In this document: positions 38,811 to 48,111 of the stretch, in pieces
Layout of the letters: each line of letters starts with the position of its first letter
How positions within the stretch are numbered: the first letter of the stretch is position 1
Source: a virus
Taxonomy: Duplodnaviria > Heunggongvirae > Uroviricota > Caudoviricetes
Virus record (IMG/VR): IMGVR_UViG_3300020050_006655
Length of the DNA: 64,000 nucleotides
Strand: one strand, 5' to 3'
The notes under the pieces: model-generated
Databases searched by the model: none
What the model saw: only the letters and a program-made list of their open reading frames with translations
Told to the model about the DNA's origin: nothing
Translations under genes and position numbers: made by a program

Positions 38811-39223
38811 TGACTTGGGATGATACTTTTATGTCTATTGCCAATACTGTTGCTTTACGCAGTAAAGGCAATAGACTGAAAGTTGGTGCTGTACTTGTAA
38901 GAGATAATAGAATACTCTCGTTTGGCTACAACGGACTTCCGTCAGGCTATGAACCTGATATACTTGAAGATGATAACAATGTTACCAAACCAGATGTAAT
39001 TCATGCAGAACTAAACTGTATTCTTAATGCTGCCAAAGAAGGTATATCTCTTAAAGATTCTATTCTCTATGTAACACATAGTCCATGTAGACATTGTGCA
39101 GCATTAATTAAACAGTCAGGAATAACTAAAGTGATCTTTGGTAATTATTACCGAGATACACAGGGATTAGACAAACTAACTGAATATAAAATTCAATACG
39201 TTAAACATGACAACAATTCTTGA
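38807..39223 (+). CDS. dCMP/cytidine deaminase (zinc-dependent)
   Basis: HAELNCILNAA ... HSPCRHCAALI matches the H(A/C)E...PCxxC zinc-binding motif. Confidence 0.65.
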   Translation: MMTWDDTFMSIANTVALRSKGNRLKVGAVLVRDNRILSFGYNGLPSGYEPDILEDDNNVTKPDVIHAELNCILNAAKEGISLKDSILYVTHSPCRHCAALIKQSGITKVIFGNYYRDTQGLDKLTEYKIQYVKHDNNS

Positions 39224-39416
39224 AGCATTGGAAAATGCTAAATATAATGTAGATAATATACCGAAACTAGGATCGTTTTTAATTCCGTTGGTTAAAATGC
39301 AATTGGAAAATAGTATAATCTTACTTGAAAAAGGTTATCCTGTTCATACTGAAATGGACAATCTCCTAGAAAGATATCCAGATTTAAATAATGCGCCTGA
39401 TTATGAAACTACTTAA
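39207..39416 (+). CDS. small hypothetical protein (69 aa)
   Basis: ORF. Confidence 0.3.
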   Translation: MTTILEALENAKYNVDNIPKLGSFLIPLVKMQLENSIILLEKGYPVHTEMDNLLERYPDLNNAPDYETT

Positions 39417-40176
39417 CAAGAAAAGATATATTGAAGATAGAAAATGGTTTAGATTCTATCCTAAATGGGATAGAAACCATACCACCATATCTGAATCTCA
39501 ATATTTTGATCCAAGGCCTACAATACACATCCAACTCACAACAGTCTTATCATTACTTCTAATTCCTTTTCTTGGATGGTATTCATTGATCCTATTGCCA
39601 TTTATCTTTTATGGATGGGGAGATATGTATATATCATTACCCTTAGATTCAGGTATTGAAGATTCGGCAGACTATAAAGAATTTGGATTTTACTTTTATG
39701 GTGAGCCAAAATTCAATATAGAATGTCTTGTTATTCAAATGGGGAGAGATGAAGGTGGTATATACATATATATGCCTTGGTCATTGAAATGGTATAGAAC
39801 TTCAGCATTACGAAAAGATGGTGAATGGGAACATGAGATAGGAAAACATAACAAAGAGTTCTACAATACAGAAAAATGGAAAGATATTCTTTTCTATGAA
39901 ACACATCCTTATACCTATACAACATCTTATAATGAAAAACAAAATGCCTTAGCTACAATTAGAGTAACCGAAAGAGAATGGAGAAGAAGATGTTTGTTTA
40001 ACTTTACATTACTCAATCGTGTTACTAGATCTATTAATGTTGAATTCTCGGAAGATATTGGCGAAAAGAAAGGATCGTGGAAAGGTGGAACGGTTGGTTG
40101 TTCTTATGAATTATTACCTAACGAATCTCCGTTTGAATGTTTAAAACGAATGGAGAGAGAAAGAGTTTTTAAATGA
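39391..40176 (+). CDS. membrane hypothetical protein (261 aa)
   Basis: Two transmembrane helices (LLLIPFLGWYSLILLPFIFYGW). Confidence 0.4.
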   Translation: MRLIMKLLNKKRYIEDRKWFRFYPKWDRNHTTISESQYFDPRPTIHIQLTTVLSLLLIPFLGWYSLILLPFIFYGWGDMYISLPLDSGIEDSADYKEFGFYFYGEPKFNIECLVIQMGRDEGGIYIYMPWSLKWYRTSALRKDGEWEHEIGKHNKEFYNTEKWKDILFYETHPYTYTTSYNEKQNALATIRVTEREWRRRCLFNFTLLNRVTRSINVEFSEDIGEKKGSWKGGTVGCSYELLPNESPFECLKRMERERVFK

Positions 40177-40556
40177 AAAAGCTTAGAGCGTGGGATATAG
40201 TTAGTAAATCCTTTTTAGACAATTCCAAATGGACTTTTGATCCTGTCTTAGGAAAAGCAAGGTCTATTGAAATAATATCGTTTATTCCAATATTAGGTGA
40301 TCCAATAGACTCTGTTGTTATCGAACAATATATAGATCGAAATGATACCAATAACCAAGAAATATATGAAGGTGATATTGTTAAAATTTATGACAATAAA
40401 ACCAAAAGAACATTTAGGGGTGAAGTAATATTTAAAAACGCTTCATTCTGTATAGAAACAGATGCTGCTATTCATTATAGATGGATAGATTATGCCATTA
40501 CTAAAATTGGAAATAAACATGATGATATTCAAATTATTTTACGGGAAGGTTTGTAA
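40173..40556 (+). CDS. hypothetical protein (127 aa)
   Basis: ORF with ATGA overlap. Confidence 0.4.
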   Translation: MKKLRAWDIVSKSFLDNSKWTFDPVLGKARSIEIISFIPILGDPIDSVVIEQYIDRNDTNNQEIYEGDIVKIYDNKTKRTFRGEVIFKNASFCIETDAAIHYRWIDYAITKIGNKHDDIQIILREGL

Positions 40557-40595
40557 CGTTTGTTTCAAATCGGTATTAAATTGTACTTGTAAAAA

Positions 40596-41429
40596 ATGCT
40601 ACAACAAAAATTAGAATCAGTAACAATACAAGAAATTCCTTTTAAAGCCTATAAAGGCGTAATAAAACAAACAGATGGTATTTACGCTACATCAAATGGT
40701 AATGGTAAATACAAATTTGACAGAGAAAATATCTGTGAGAATGACAGACCGTTACAATTATGTAATAGTAGCGGATTTCATTTTTCTTTAATGTTAAAAG
40801 ATGTATTAAAACATGTACCTTGTGGTAAAAATACTGAATACTATGAAATAGAAGTGTTTGGTGAACACCTACTTGGTAAAGATAAAGGTATAACCAAAGC
40901 ATTTAGATTTGGACGCAAGATTGAAGATTCAGAAATTGATGATCTTATAACATCTGAAAATATGGGTGAAATATTGAAATCAGTTCAGAAGATTCAAAAT
41001 GATTTTCCGTATTCAATTCTTGGTGGATCTTTGGCTTTATATCTATATGGTTGTAAGTTAGAAAGATTTAAGGATTATAATTCAGATATTGATATTTCAG
41101 TTCCGTTTTACTATGGATTTGAAAACGTATCAGATGTTAAACCTGTTGATGGTTCTTGGGTTCAAAAGACTACTGACAAAAACTATGGTAATGATTTTAA
41201 CTACTCATTTACTATAGATGATACAGACGTTGATGTTAGAATTGATGCTAATCAGAAATATCAAGTAATTGAATATTGTGGATTTAAGTACAAAGTTGCA
41301 TTACTACCTGTTATTATTGCTGCTAAATGTGAATATGCTCTGAAAGGACAAATTAAACATAGTGGTGATCTAATGGAATTAATGGCAAATAAAACTAAAC
41401 CTAAAAATACAGACGACTTTATACTTTAG
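40596..41429 (+). CDS. Pol-β-superfamily nucleotidyltransferase-domain protein
   Basis: ILGGSLALYLYGCKLERFKDYNSDIDISV matches the GS...(D/E)h(D/E)h core nucleotidyltransferase motif. Confidence 0.4.
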   Translation: MLQQKLESVTIQEIPFKAYKGVIKQTDGIYATSNGNGKYKFDRENICENDRPLQLCNSSGFHFSLMLKDVLKHVPCGKNTEYYEIEVFGEHLLGKDKGITKAFRFGRKIEDSEIDDLITSENMGEILKSVQKIQNDFPYSILGGSLALYLYGCKLERFKDYNSDIDISVPFYYGFENVSDVKPVDGSWVQKTTDKNYGNDFNYSFTIDDTDVDVRIDANQKYQVIEYCGFKYKVALLPVIIAAKCEYALKGQIKHSGDLMELMANKTKPKNTDDFIL

Positions 41430-41431
41430 AT

Positions 41432-41716
41432 ATGACAACAAGCGATAGAATTAAAGATTTAGAAACACAATTAGGAGTTTTGTGTTTGACTAAACCACCA
41501 CAAATAAATCAAGCAGAGCCAGAGTTTTTCAAGTTTCAGGTTCCAGTACCATTGTTTGTAAACGATGTTCAAATTACAGTTCATAAAAACAATTTGAATA
41601 TACCGTCTGTAATTGAAAAAATTATTATAGCGGTGTATGAGGCTGGTTGTAACAACGGTATAGTACAAGGTAATAAACAGATTGTAAACAAGTTTAAAAC
41701 TTTATTTGAGATATGA
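41432..41716 (+). CDS. small hypothetical protein (94 aa)
   Basis: ORF. Confidence 0.35.
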   Translation: MTTSDRIKDLETQLGVLCLTKPPQINQAEPEFFKFQVPVPLFVNDVQITVHKNNLNIPSVIEKIIIAVYEAGCNNGIVQGNKQIVNKFKTLFEI

Positions 41717-42990
41717 TTACTCAAACTAAGATAGGATTGAATAGTAGAAGTGAAGCAAACCCGTTCAACGAGGACGGATTTCTTCCTTTGATTACAGCAC
41801 CAATGTATTCTGTGGTAGACGAATCTAATTATCAGTTATTTCTTGATAATAAGGTTCAGGTTTGTTTACCAAGAGGATTGGGGAAAACAAAAAACAACTT
41901 TGATACAAGTTACCCAATGTTTGTGAGTCTTTCTTTGGACGAGTTTGAAGAACAGTATATAAACGATAAAACACCTTTAAACGGTTTTACAAAAAAAGTT
42001 TGTATTGACACAGCAAATGGTAATATACCTAATCTTCACGATTTTATTAGAGAGGCCAAACAGATTCATGGTAACAATCTTATAATCATGGCTGGTAATG
42101 TAGGTTCAGTAGAAGCATTCGTTGAACTTGCTAAGACTGGTTGTGATTATATTAGGGTTGGAATAGGTGGTGGAGGTGGATGTAATACTACATCTAATAC
42201 TGGAGTTGGACAATACGATCTACATGACTTAATAACGTTTTGTAAATATCCAATTGAAGATGCTATAAAAACATTGAAACAAATAAAAGAAGAAGGGAAA
42301 AGTGAATTCTATCAACGACATGGATTTGGTTCTTCTGTAGGAACATCGCTTATAGAGACTCATTACAATGATACAGTAACCATGTCCAAAGTCAAAATAG
42401 TAGCAGATGGTATTTCATCTTATATTAACTATTGTCAGAAAGAATATAACTTTAATGATAATGGTTATGCTGCTATTAATAAACTATTACACGCTGGTGC
42501 TGATCTGGTAATGGTTGGTAAATTGTTTGCTCAATGTGTAGAATCGGCTGGTGAGAAAGGTATTCAACAAATGCACGGAGTTGAATCGTTTGAACACTGG
42601 CAAGAAAGTAGGAAAAATCTTTTTGGCCTTCCTGATTTATCCACACCATCTAAATATTTTAAGGTAACTAATAAGTATTTAATGGTTAAATACTCTGGTA
42701 TGTCCACACAACAAGAGCAGAAGAAGTATAAACCAGAATTATGTGATGTTAACCTTTTATCTCAACCTAAACAACTATTTGATGGAAGTTGGGAATATGA
42801 GGTGGAGACAGTTGGTGACTCTTATCAAGTAATCAAACCGTCAGAAGGATCTGTTCAATGGATTCCTGTTAGATGGACATTAAACGAATGGTTGAATGGA
42901 TCAGATAAACAAGATGAAAGTCCTTATTTAATGGGATTTGTAAATGCTTTAAAATCAATGATGGCTTATACAAACAGAACTAAATTATAA
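41713..42990 (+). CDS. IMP dehydrogenase / GMP reductase family TIM-barrel enzyme
   Basis: PLITAPMYSVVDE (compare PLxSAxMDTVTE). Catalytic Cys loop IRVGIGGGGGCNTTSNTGVGQ (compare GIGPGSICTTR...GVGxPQ). GADLVMVGKLFA (compare GAxxVMxGSLLAG). Confidence 0.6.
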   Translation: MITQTKIGLNSRSEANPFNEDGFLPLITAPMYSVVDESNYQLFLDNKVQVCLPRGLGKTKNNFDTSYPMFVSLSLDEFEEQYINDKTPLNGFTKKVCIDTANGNIPNLHDFIREAKQIHGNNLIIMAGNVGSVEAFVELAKTGCDYIRVGIGGGGGCNTTSNTGVGQYDLHDLITFCKYPIEDAIKTLKQIKEEGKSEFYQRHGFGSSVGTSLIETHYNDTVTMSKVKIVADGISSYINYCQKEYNFNDNGYAAINKLLHAGADLVMVGKLFAQCVESAGEKGIQQMHGVESFEHWQESRKNLFGLPDLSTPSKYFKVTNKYLMVKYSGMSTQQEQKKYKPELCDVNLLSQPKQLFDGSWEYEVETVGDSYQVIKPSEGSVQWIPVRWTLNEWLNGSDKQDESPYLMGFVNALKSMMAYTNRTKL

Positions 42991-43165
42991 TGGGATATGT
43001 TACGAAACAAGATTTTTGGTTAGGTACTTTATATCTAACCAAAACAGGTAAAACATGGTCTATGTTTATTCTTAATGCTGGGCTATATTCTCGGAATGAA
43101 TATGAATCTATTAATAAAGATGGTTTGTATAATTTTGTAGAAGCAACACTTAATCCTTTGCAGAA

Positions 43166-43747
43166 ATGATTTCACTAAAAATATTCCAAAAGAAGTATAA
43201 TCATCATATCAATAAAGGTTTATCTTTCTATAAAATATCTAAATGGCCTGAATATTTTAAGATTGATTTTGACGTGTTTCTTCCAACTAAAGGTGTCAAT
43301 TTACAAAGAGACTTTGTATGGACAATAGAACAAAAACGATCCTTTATTCTTTCAATTTTAAAAAATCAAAAGGTTAATCCTATTGTTGTAGTTCAGCATT
43401 ATGACAGAAATCTTGAAGGAACCAGAGGCTCGTCTTGGGATGTCATTGACGGTAAACAAAGGTTGAATACCATTTTTGATTACATTAATGATAAGTTTCC
43501 AATTACAATTGATGAAGGAATATTCTTTTTTAAAGATTTACCAAAAGATTGTCAAAGGCAAATTGAGTTTTTCGATTTAAAAGTTGATGTACATTATAGT
43601 TATCCTGAAAACCCAATTTCAGACGATACCAAGATAAGTCTTTTTGAAGATTGTAACTGGTTAGGAACACCACAAGATATTGAACACTTTAACAGAATTA
43701 AAAATGGGAACAATGAGGACAATAGAAGAAATAAAGAATCTTTTTGA
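43166..43747 (+). CDS. DUF262/ParB-like (GmrS-type) domain protein
   Basis: VIDGKQRLNTIFDYI matches the DGQQR motif of the ParB/Srx/DUF262 fold. Confidence 0.5.
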   Translation: MISLKIFQKKYNHHINKGLSFYKISKWPEYFKIDFDVFLPTKGVNLQRDFVWTIEQKRSFILSILKNQKVNPIVVVQHYDRNLEGTRGSSWDVIDGKQRLNTIFDYINDKFPITIDEGIFFFKDLPKDCQRQIEFFDLKVDVHYSYPENPISDDTKISLFEDCNWLGTPQDIEHFNRIKNGNNEDNRRNKESF

Positions 43748-44108
43748 CCAGATGCAAAAACTTGAGCAAGAATGTATTATTGTTGCTCGTCATAAAAAAC
43801 CAATACTTACTCCAGACAAATGGTTATTTCACGAGATTGAATACAACTATGAAAATTTAAGTGTTTATGTTCAATTTGAAGAAAACTGTAGGTATGAACC
43901 TGAACGCGAAGGTATTGGATTTCCGATAGAAGATCTTTTAGTTGATGTAGAAATTCTTAAACAGCAATATGCTGATGAACAAGAAAAACGTCGATTAAAA
44001 GAAAAAGAAATAAGGATGAAATTAAAACAAGAGGCTATTGAAAAGAAAGAGAAAGAAGAAAGAACTACTTACTATAGATTAAAACAAAAATATGGACATA
44101 CTGATTGA
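43680..44108 (+). CDS. coiled-coil hypothetical protein (142 aa)
   Basis: ORF. The true start may be an internal Met. Confidence 0.35.
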   Translation: MNTLTELKMGTMRTIEEIKNLFDQMQKLEQECIIVARHKKPILTPDKWLFHEIEYNYENLSVYVQFEENCRYEPEREGIGFPIEDLLVDVEILKQQYADEQEKRRLKEKEIRMKLKQEAIEKKEKEERTTYYRLKQKYGHTD

Positions 44109-44508
44109 TTTTGATGGAACAGTTGTAACACATGTTTGGCCTGAAATTGGTGAAGATATTGGTGCTGTTCCTGTACTAAAAGAGTTAGTTGCTAAAGGGC
44201 ATAATCTGATTCTCTTTACAATGAGATCGGGTGAATCGCTAAAAGAGGCTGTAAAATGGTTTAAATTACAGGATATTCCTTTGTATGGAGTACAATCAAA
44301 CCCAACACAACATACTTGGACATCTTCTCCAAAGGCTTACGGGCAACTGATTATTGATGATATTTGCTTAGGTATTCCTTTAATTCATAATGCTGTAGCA
44401 TATTGGGATAAAGAAGACTATCAAGAAATAAAACTACCTTATTCGGAAAGACCGTATGTGGATTGGGTAAAAGTAAGACAAATGTTAATTCAAAAACGTA
44501 TTTTATGA
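44092..44508 (+). CDS. HAD-superfamily phosphatase (nucleotidase / polynucleotide 3'-phosphatase-like)
   Basis: N-terminal MDILIDFDGTVV (DxDGT motif I). Also ...LFTMRSG and ...IDD. Confidence 0.55.
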   Translation: MDILIDFDGTVVTHVWPEIGEDIGAVPVLKELVAKGHNLILFTMRSGESLKEAVKWFKLQDIPLYGVQSNPTQHTWTSSPKAYGQLIIDDICLGIPLIHNAVAYWDKEDYQEIKLPYSERPYVDWVKVRQMLIQKRIL

Positions 44509-45704
44509 TTCAAGTACTAACAATTAAAAACAAAATTCCTCTTTTTAAAGGAGAAGTGCCAGCAGAAAAGATCGAACTTCTACAATTTGAAGAAGTTGAT
44601 TTTGAAGTGGTAAGAATGAAAGGGTTGAACGAAGTCAATGAACAAGTTCTATTTGTTTATCCAGATTACTGTTTACCAGACAATGAACTATTTACAGAGT
44701 TTGTAAATCCCTCTGACGGATCAAAATCTAAACTTGGTGGTAATAACCGAGTAAGAGCCATTAAATTTAATCTTCACAGAGGTGACAATGAACCCGTATA
44801 TAGTAATGGTATAATCTTCGGATTCAATGAAATCCAAGACTATCTAAGATTGTACAAACCTAATCTTCAAGAAGCTTTTGAAACGCTTGAAAGTGAAGAT
44901 TTGGGTATTACAAAATGGGTTACAGAAGAAGATCGTCCGGGTAATACTGGTAAATCAAGAAGTGGTAAACCATTATCATCATTTATTTACAAGACAGATG
45001 AGCCAAACATTCTTGCTGCAAGACTACCGTTTCCGGCAACTTATAGAGGAACTGTTAAAGTAGATGGTTCGAGTATTACAGTCTTTGCTACATCTGATGG
45101 ACAGTATGGTGTATGTAGTAGAAACTTAACTAAAGATCTAACTGTTCAAAAAGTTATTGGTCAAAGAAAACTGAAATGGTTTGAGTATATTACACGGTTG
45201 TTTAAACCAATTAATCTGAATATTTATGAAACAGTTCCATCTGATGATAAATTTGTTGTTGCAGCAAGACCATATTTGCAAGTGTTAAATCAATGTACAC
45301 AAAAATACGGTTCATCAATTGCTTTAAGGGGTGAATTGTGTGGTCAAGGTAATAGTGGTTCTGGTAATGCTAAGAATCCACATGCTAAATTACCGTCACA
45401 GATTCTTTGGTATAATCTTGATTCAATCGAAACGAAAAACAAACATCGAACGGCTATACCAATGATGTTTGAAGATTTACAAAATGCTGTTGATTACTTA
45501 AATGAATTTGACTACGGTGTTAACTTCAAAACGGTTGATTCAATCTTTAATAGAGAATTTCAATCAAAAACCGAACTTGTCCAGTTTTGCTATGATTATT
45601 TCAAAACAAATATGATTGAAGGTATTGTAGTTAAGACAACAAACGAGAAAGGGCAAGTTGTTAGTGCTAAAGTAATGAACTTAGAATACGATTCTAAAAA
45701 ATGA
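44463..45704 (+). CDS. ATP-dependent polynucleotide ligase (RNA-ligase-like nucleotidyltransferase)
   Basis: Motif I TVKVDGSSITV (KxDG). Motif IV IEGIVVKT (EGhVhK). Downstream Lys present. Confidence 0.55.
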   Translation: MGKSKTNVNSKTYFMIQVLTIKNKIPLFKGEVPAEKIELLQFEEVDFEVVRMKGLNEVNEQVLFVYPDYCLPDNELFTEFVNPSDGSKSKLGGNNRVRAIKFNLHRGDNEPVYSNGIIFGFNEIQDYLRLYKPNLQEAFETLESEDLGITKWVTEEDRPGNTGKSRSGKPLSSFIYKTDEPNILAARLPFPATYRGTVKVDGSSITVFATSDGQYGVCSRNLTKDLTVQKVIGQRKLKWFEYITRLFKPINLNIYETVPSDDKFVVAARPYLQVLNQCTQKYGSSIALRGELCGQGNSGSGNAKNPHAKLPSQILWYNLDSIETKNKHRTAIPMMFEDLQNAVDYLNEFDYGVNFKTVDSIFNREFQSKTELVQFCYDYFKTNMIEGIVVKTTNEKGQVVSAKVMNLEYDSKK

Positions 45705-45979
45705 TTATGTGGATTATAATAGCGGCTATTTTACTTGGGACTGGTTGGTGGGCTTTTACAAAAGATAAATCCGAACAGGAATCTAAAGATAACCGTTACA
45801 TTAGATTTGATTACAATGACGGTACAACCAAAACAACAATGGTGATGAATGTAGAAAAATATACAGGTAAACCCGGACATACTTTTAAATGGGGTACTGT
45901 ATATTTTTGCATTATTGATTCATACCATGTTGAAGATGGTATTGTATATGTCGCAAAGGAAATAATGAATGCAAACTAA
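45701..45979 (+). CDS. small membrane protein (92 aa)
   Basis: N-terminal transmembrane helix. Confidence 0.35.
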   Translation: MIMWIIIAAILLGTGWWAFTKDKSEQESKDNRYIRFDYNDGTTKTTMVMNVEKYTGKPGHTFKWGTVYFCIIDSYHVEDGIVYVAKEIMNAN

Positions 45980-46328
45980 AATAGTAGCGAACAAGGAAGT
46001 TGTTGCAGATGAAATAGAAAAACTATTTGATGATCTGTCATCTAAAATGAAGATTAAGGCTCTTGAATATTCAAGAGACGGTGATCCGTTTCACAACTTT
46101 AATCAGGGAGCAATACTGACAGAGCAAGATCCTCGTGTTGTTCTGTATGGTTTTATGTTGAAGCATTTAGTAAGTCTACAAGATTTAATTACAGATATTA
46201 AATCTGGTAAAGATCCTGAACAATCTGTATTGGATGAAAAGTTAGGTGATATTATTATCTATTCTGCTTTACTCCGGTCAATGAATAATGTAGTTGCCAA
46301 TGAAAAGTTGGGAATCCTTCCGTTCTGA
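45969..46328 (+). CDS. possible MazG-like NTP pyrophosphohydrolase (all-α)
   Basis: KLGDIIIYSALL resembles the MazG E..LGDhLf motif. The other acidic motifs are unclear. Confidence 0.35.
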   Translation: MQTKIVANKEVVADEIEKLFDDLSSKMKIKALEYSRDGDPFHNFNQGAILTEQDPRVVLYGFMLKHLVSLQDLITDIKSGKDPEQSVLDEKLGDIIIYSALLRSMNNVVANEKLGILPF

Positions 46329-46515
46329 TCTAAACAGGACAATTAAAGAAATAGGGCAAGGTGTAGTAGATGAATCTAAAGTTCAATACTACACCAAATG
46401 CCCTGATTGTAAAAAAGAATACATAACCGACGAAGGTCATTTATGTAGTAAATATCAAAAAACAAAAAGAGAAATGCGTTATGAGAAAAGGGACGAACAC
46501 ACCGGAGAACATTGA
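46294..46515 (+). CDS. small zinc-ribbon protein (73 aa)
   Basis: CPDC...HLC. Confidence 0.3.
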   Translation: MPMKSWESFRSDLNRTIKEIGQGVVDESKVQYYTKCPDCKKEYITDEGHLCSKYQKTKREMRYEKRDEHTGEH

Positions 46516-46897
46516 AGAATTGTTACCAAATCAAGTATTTGTTTTTGGTAGCAATCTTGCGGGTTTTCATGGTTCAGGTGCAGCATTCACAGCGAAAACA
46601 TTATTTGGTGCTGAAATGTATGTAGGATTGGGTATAACAGGACAGTGTTATGCCTTACCAACAAAGAATAAATATGTAATGACTCTACCACTATCTGATA
46701 TTGATATTCAGATAAGACTGTTTTACCAACATGCTTTGATGAATCCAGATAAAGAATATCTTGTAACTAAAGTTGGTTGTGGTCTTGCTGGCTATACTGT
46801 TGAACAGATCGGAGAGTTGTTTCAACAAGTAGAACGTGAGTATGCTGAACTGTTATGGTCAACACACAATATTATTTTACCAATAGAATTTGAATAA
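46481..46897 (+). CDS. Gly-rich Rossmann-like hypothetical protein (138 aa)
   Basis: VFVFGSNLAGFHGSGAAFTAKTLFG...VGCGLAGY. Family not recognised. Might be a nucleotide/ADP-ribose-binding fold. Confidence 0.4.
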   Translation: MRKGTNTPENIEELLPNQVFVFGSNLAGFHGSGAAFTAKTLFGAEMYVGLGITGQCYALPTKNKYVMTLPLSDIDIQIRLFYQHALMNPDKEYLVTKVGCGLAGYTVEQIGELFQQVEREYAELLWSTHNIILPIEFE

Positions 46898-47150
46898 AAT
46901 GACAATTAATTTTACGAATGGTGTTTTAATCATTAACAACAAAAAAGTCCAAACTGTTGTATTTACAGATCAAACGGCAATGGTCTTTCCAATAGATGTT
47001 TCTAATGAAGAAGTATCTTTATATTCCGAAGTAGGTGGACATATTGCTACAACAAAAGGTAGTGGAGTTGCTATTTCAAATAGCAAAAACGTAATAACTC
47101 CGGGAAGTACTATTATTACTGGTGGTAGTTTTCATCTTGGCGATAAATAA
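46890..47150 (+). CDS. small hypothetical protein (86 aa)
   Basis: ORF. Confidence 0.35.
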   Translation: MNKMTINFTNGVLIINNKKVQTVVFTDQTAMVFPIDVSNEEVSLYSEVGGHIATTKGSGVAISNSKNVITPGSTIITGGSFHLGDK

Positions 47151-47158
47151 AAAAATAG

Positions 47159-47818
47159 ATGATAAAGATCAATGTAACTAAGGACTTTCGTTGTTTTAAA
47201 CAAGGAGAATCTTTTGACTTTTCACACCTATTTGAATTAAAACATATACTTTTAGTTGGAGAAAACGGTTCGGGAAAATCTACATTATTTCAATCTGTCA
47301 GAGGAAAATATGAGAAGCCTATTTACTCTACATCTATGATTTTAAGTTCTATAAAACAAAATGTCAGTCCTCACTTTTTAGTGGAATCTGATTATGAAGT
47401 GGTTTATGGATTTGACGCTCGTGTTGAAGGTGGTTCTTCTTTAGAAAATTCTTTTGACGCAAGTGCTTATGTTGAAAGCGGTGCTTTTACTGCCGATAAA
47501 CTATCACACGGCCAATCTGAAATATACTTAATAAATAAATTTGTTAAGCGTATAGAGTCGCAAATAATTAAAGATAGAACATTAATTTTACTAGATGAAT
47601 TCGATAAAGGTTTTTCCTTATCTAATCAAATAAAATCAATCAATATTATTAAGTATTTGGTTTCTAAAGGTTGTCATGTTTTATCTATTTCACATAATAT
47701 TTTTTTAATAAAAAGTAGTATGATAGTATATGATATGGTATCAAAAAAAGAAATGCTTGCAAGAACGTATATTGATAGTCAAATAAACAAAAATAGCCCG
47801 TCCCTACCATTACGGTAA
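47159..47818 (+). CDS. small ABC-type ATPase (219 aa)
   Basis: Walker A LVGENGSGKSTLF. ABC signature-like LSHGQSE. Walker B ILLDEFDKGFS. Confidence 0.55.
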   Translation: MIKINVTKDFRCFKQGESFDFSHLFELKHILLVGENGSGKSTLFQSVRGKYEKPIYSTSMILSSIKQNVSPHFLVESDYEVVYGFDARVEGGSSLENSFDASAYVESGAFTADKLSHGQSEIYLINKFVKRIESQIIKDRTLILLDEFDKGFSLSNQIKSINIIKYLVSKGCHVLSISHNIFLIKSSMIVYDMVSKKEMLARTYIDSQINKNSPSLPLR

Positions 47819-47841
47819 GAACGGGCTTAATAACTAAAAAC

Positions 47842-48111
47842 ATGAAAACGTTAATATTTTGTTGTTTTATATTTCTATCGTGTGTTGACAGAAAATATAA
47901 ACAGTATGACTTTTTCTATTATTCTAAAAGAATATTCCTATTACAAGATTCTTTGATAAACTTAGGTGTATCCAATGCTTATCACAATAAAGTAAACGGT
48001 ATAATATTCACATGTAAGTGTTCACCAGCATTCATACAAAAATATGAAACAGGATCTACGCTTGTTGCTGTAATCCCTAAAGGAACAGGAAAAATAGAAA
48101 CGTTTAGGTAA
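47842..48111 (+). CDS. small putative lipoprotein (89 aa)
   Basis: Signal peptide with lipobox-like FLSC. Confidence 0.35.
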   Translation: MKTLIFCCFIFLSCVDRKYKQYDFFYYSKRIFLLQDSLINLGVSNAYHNKVNGIIFTCKCSPAFIQKYETGSTLVAVIPKGTGKIETFR

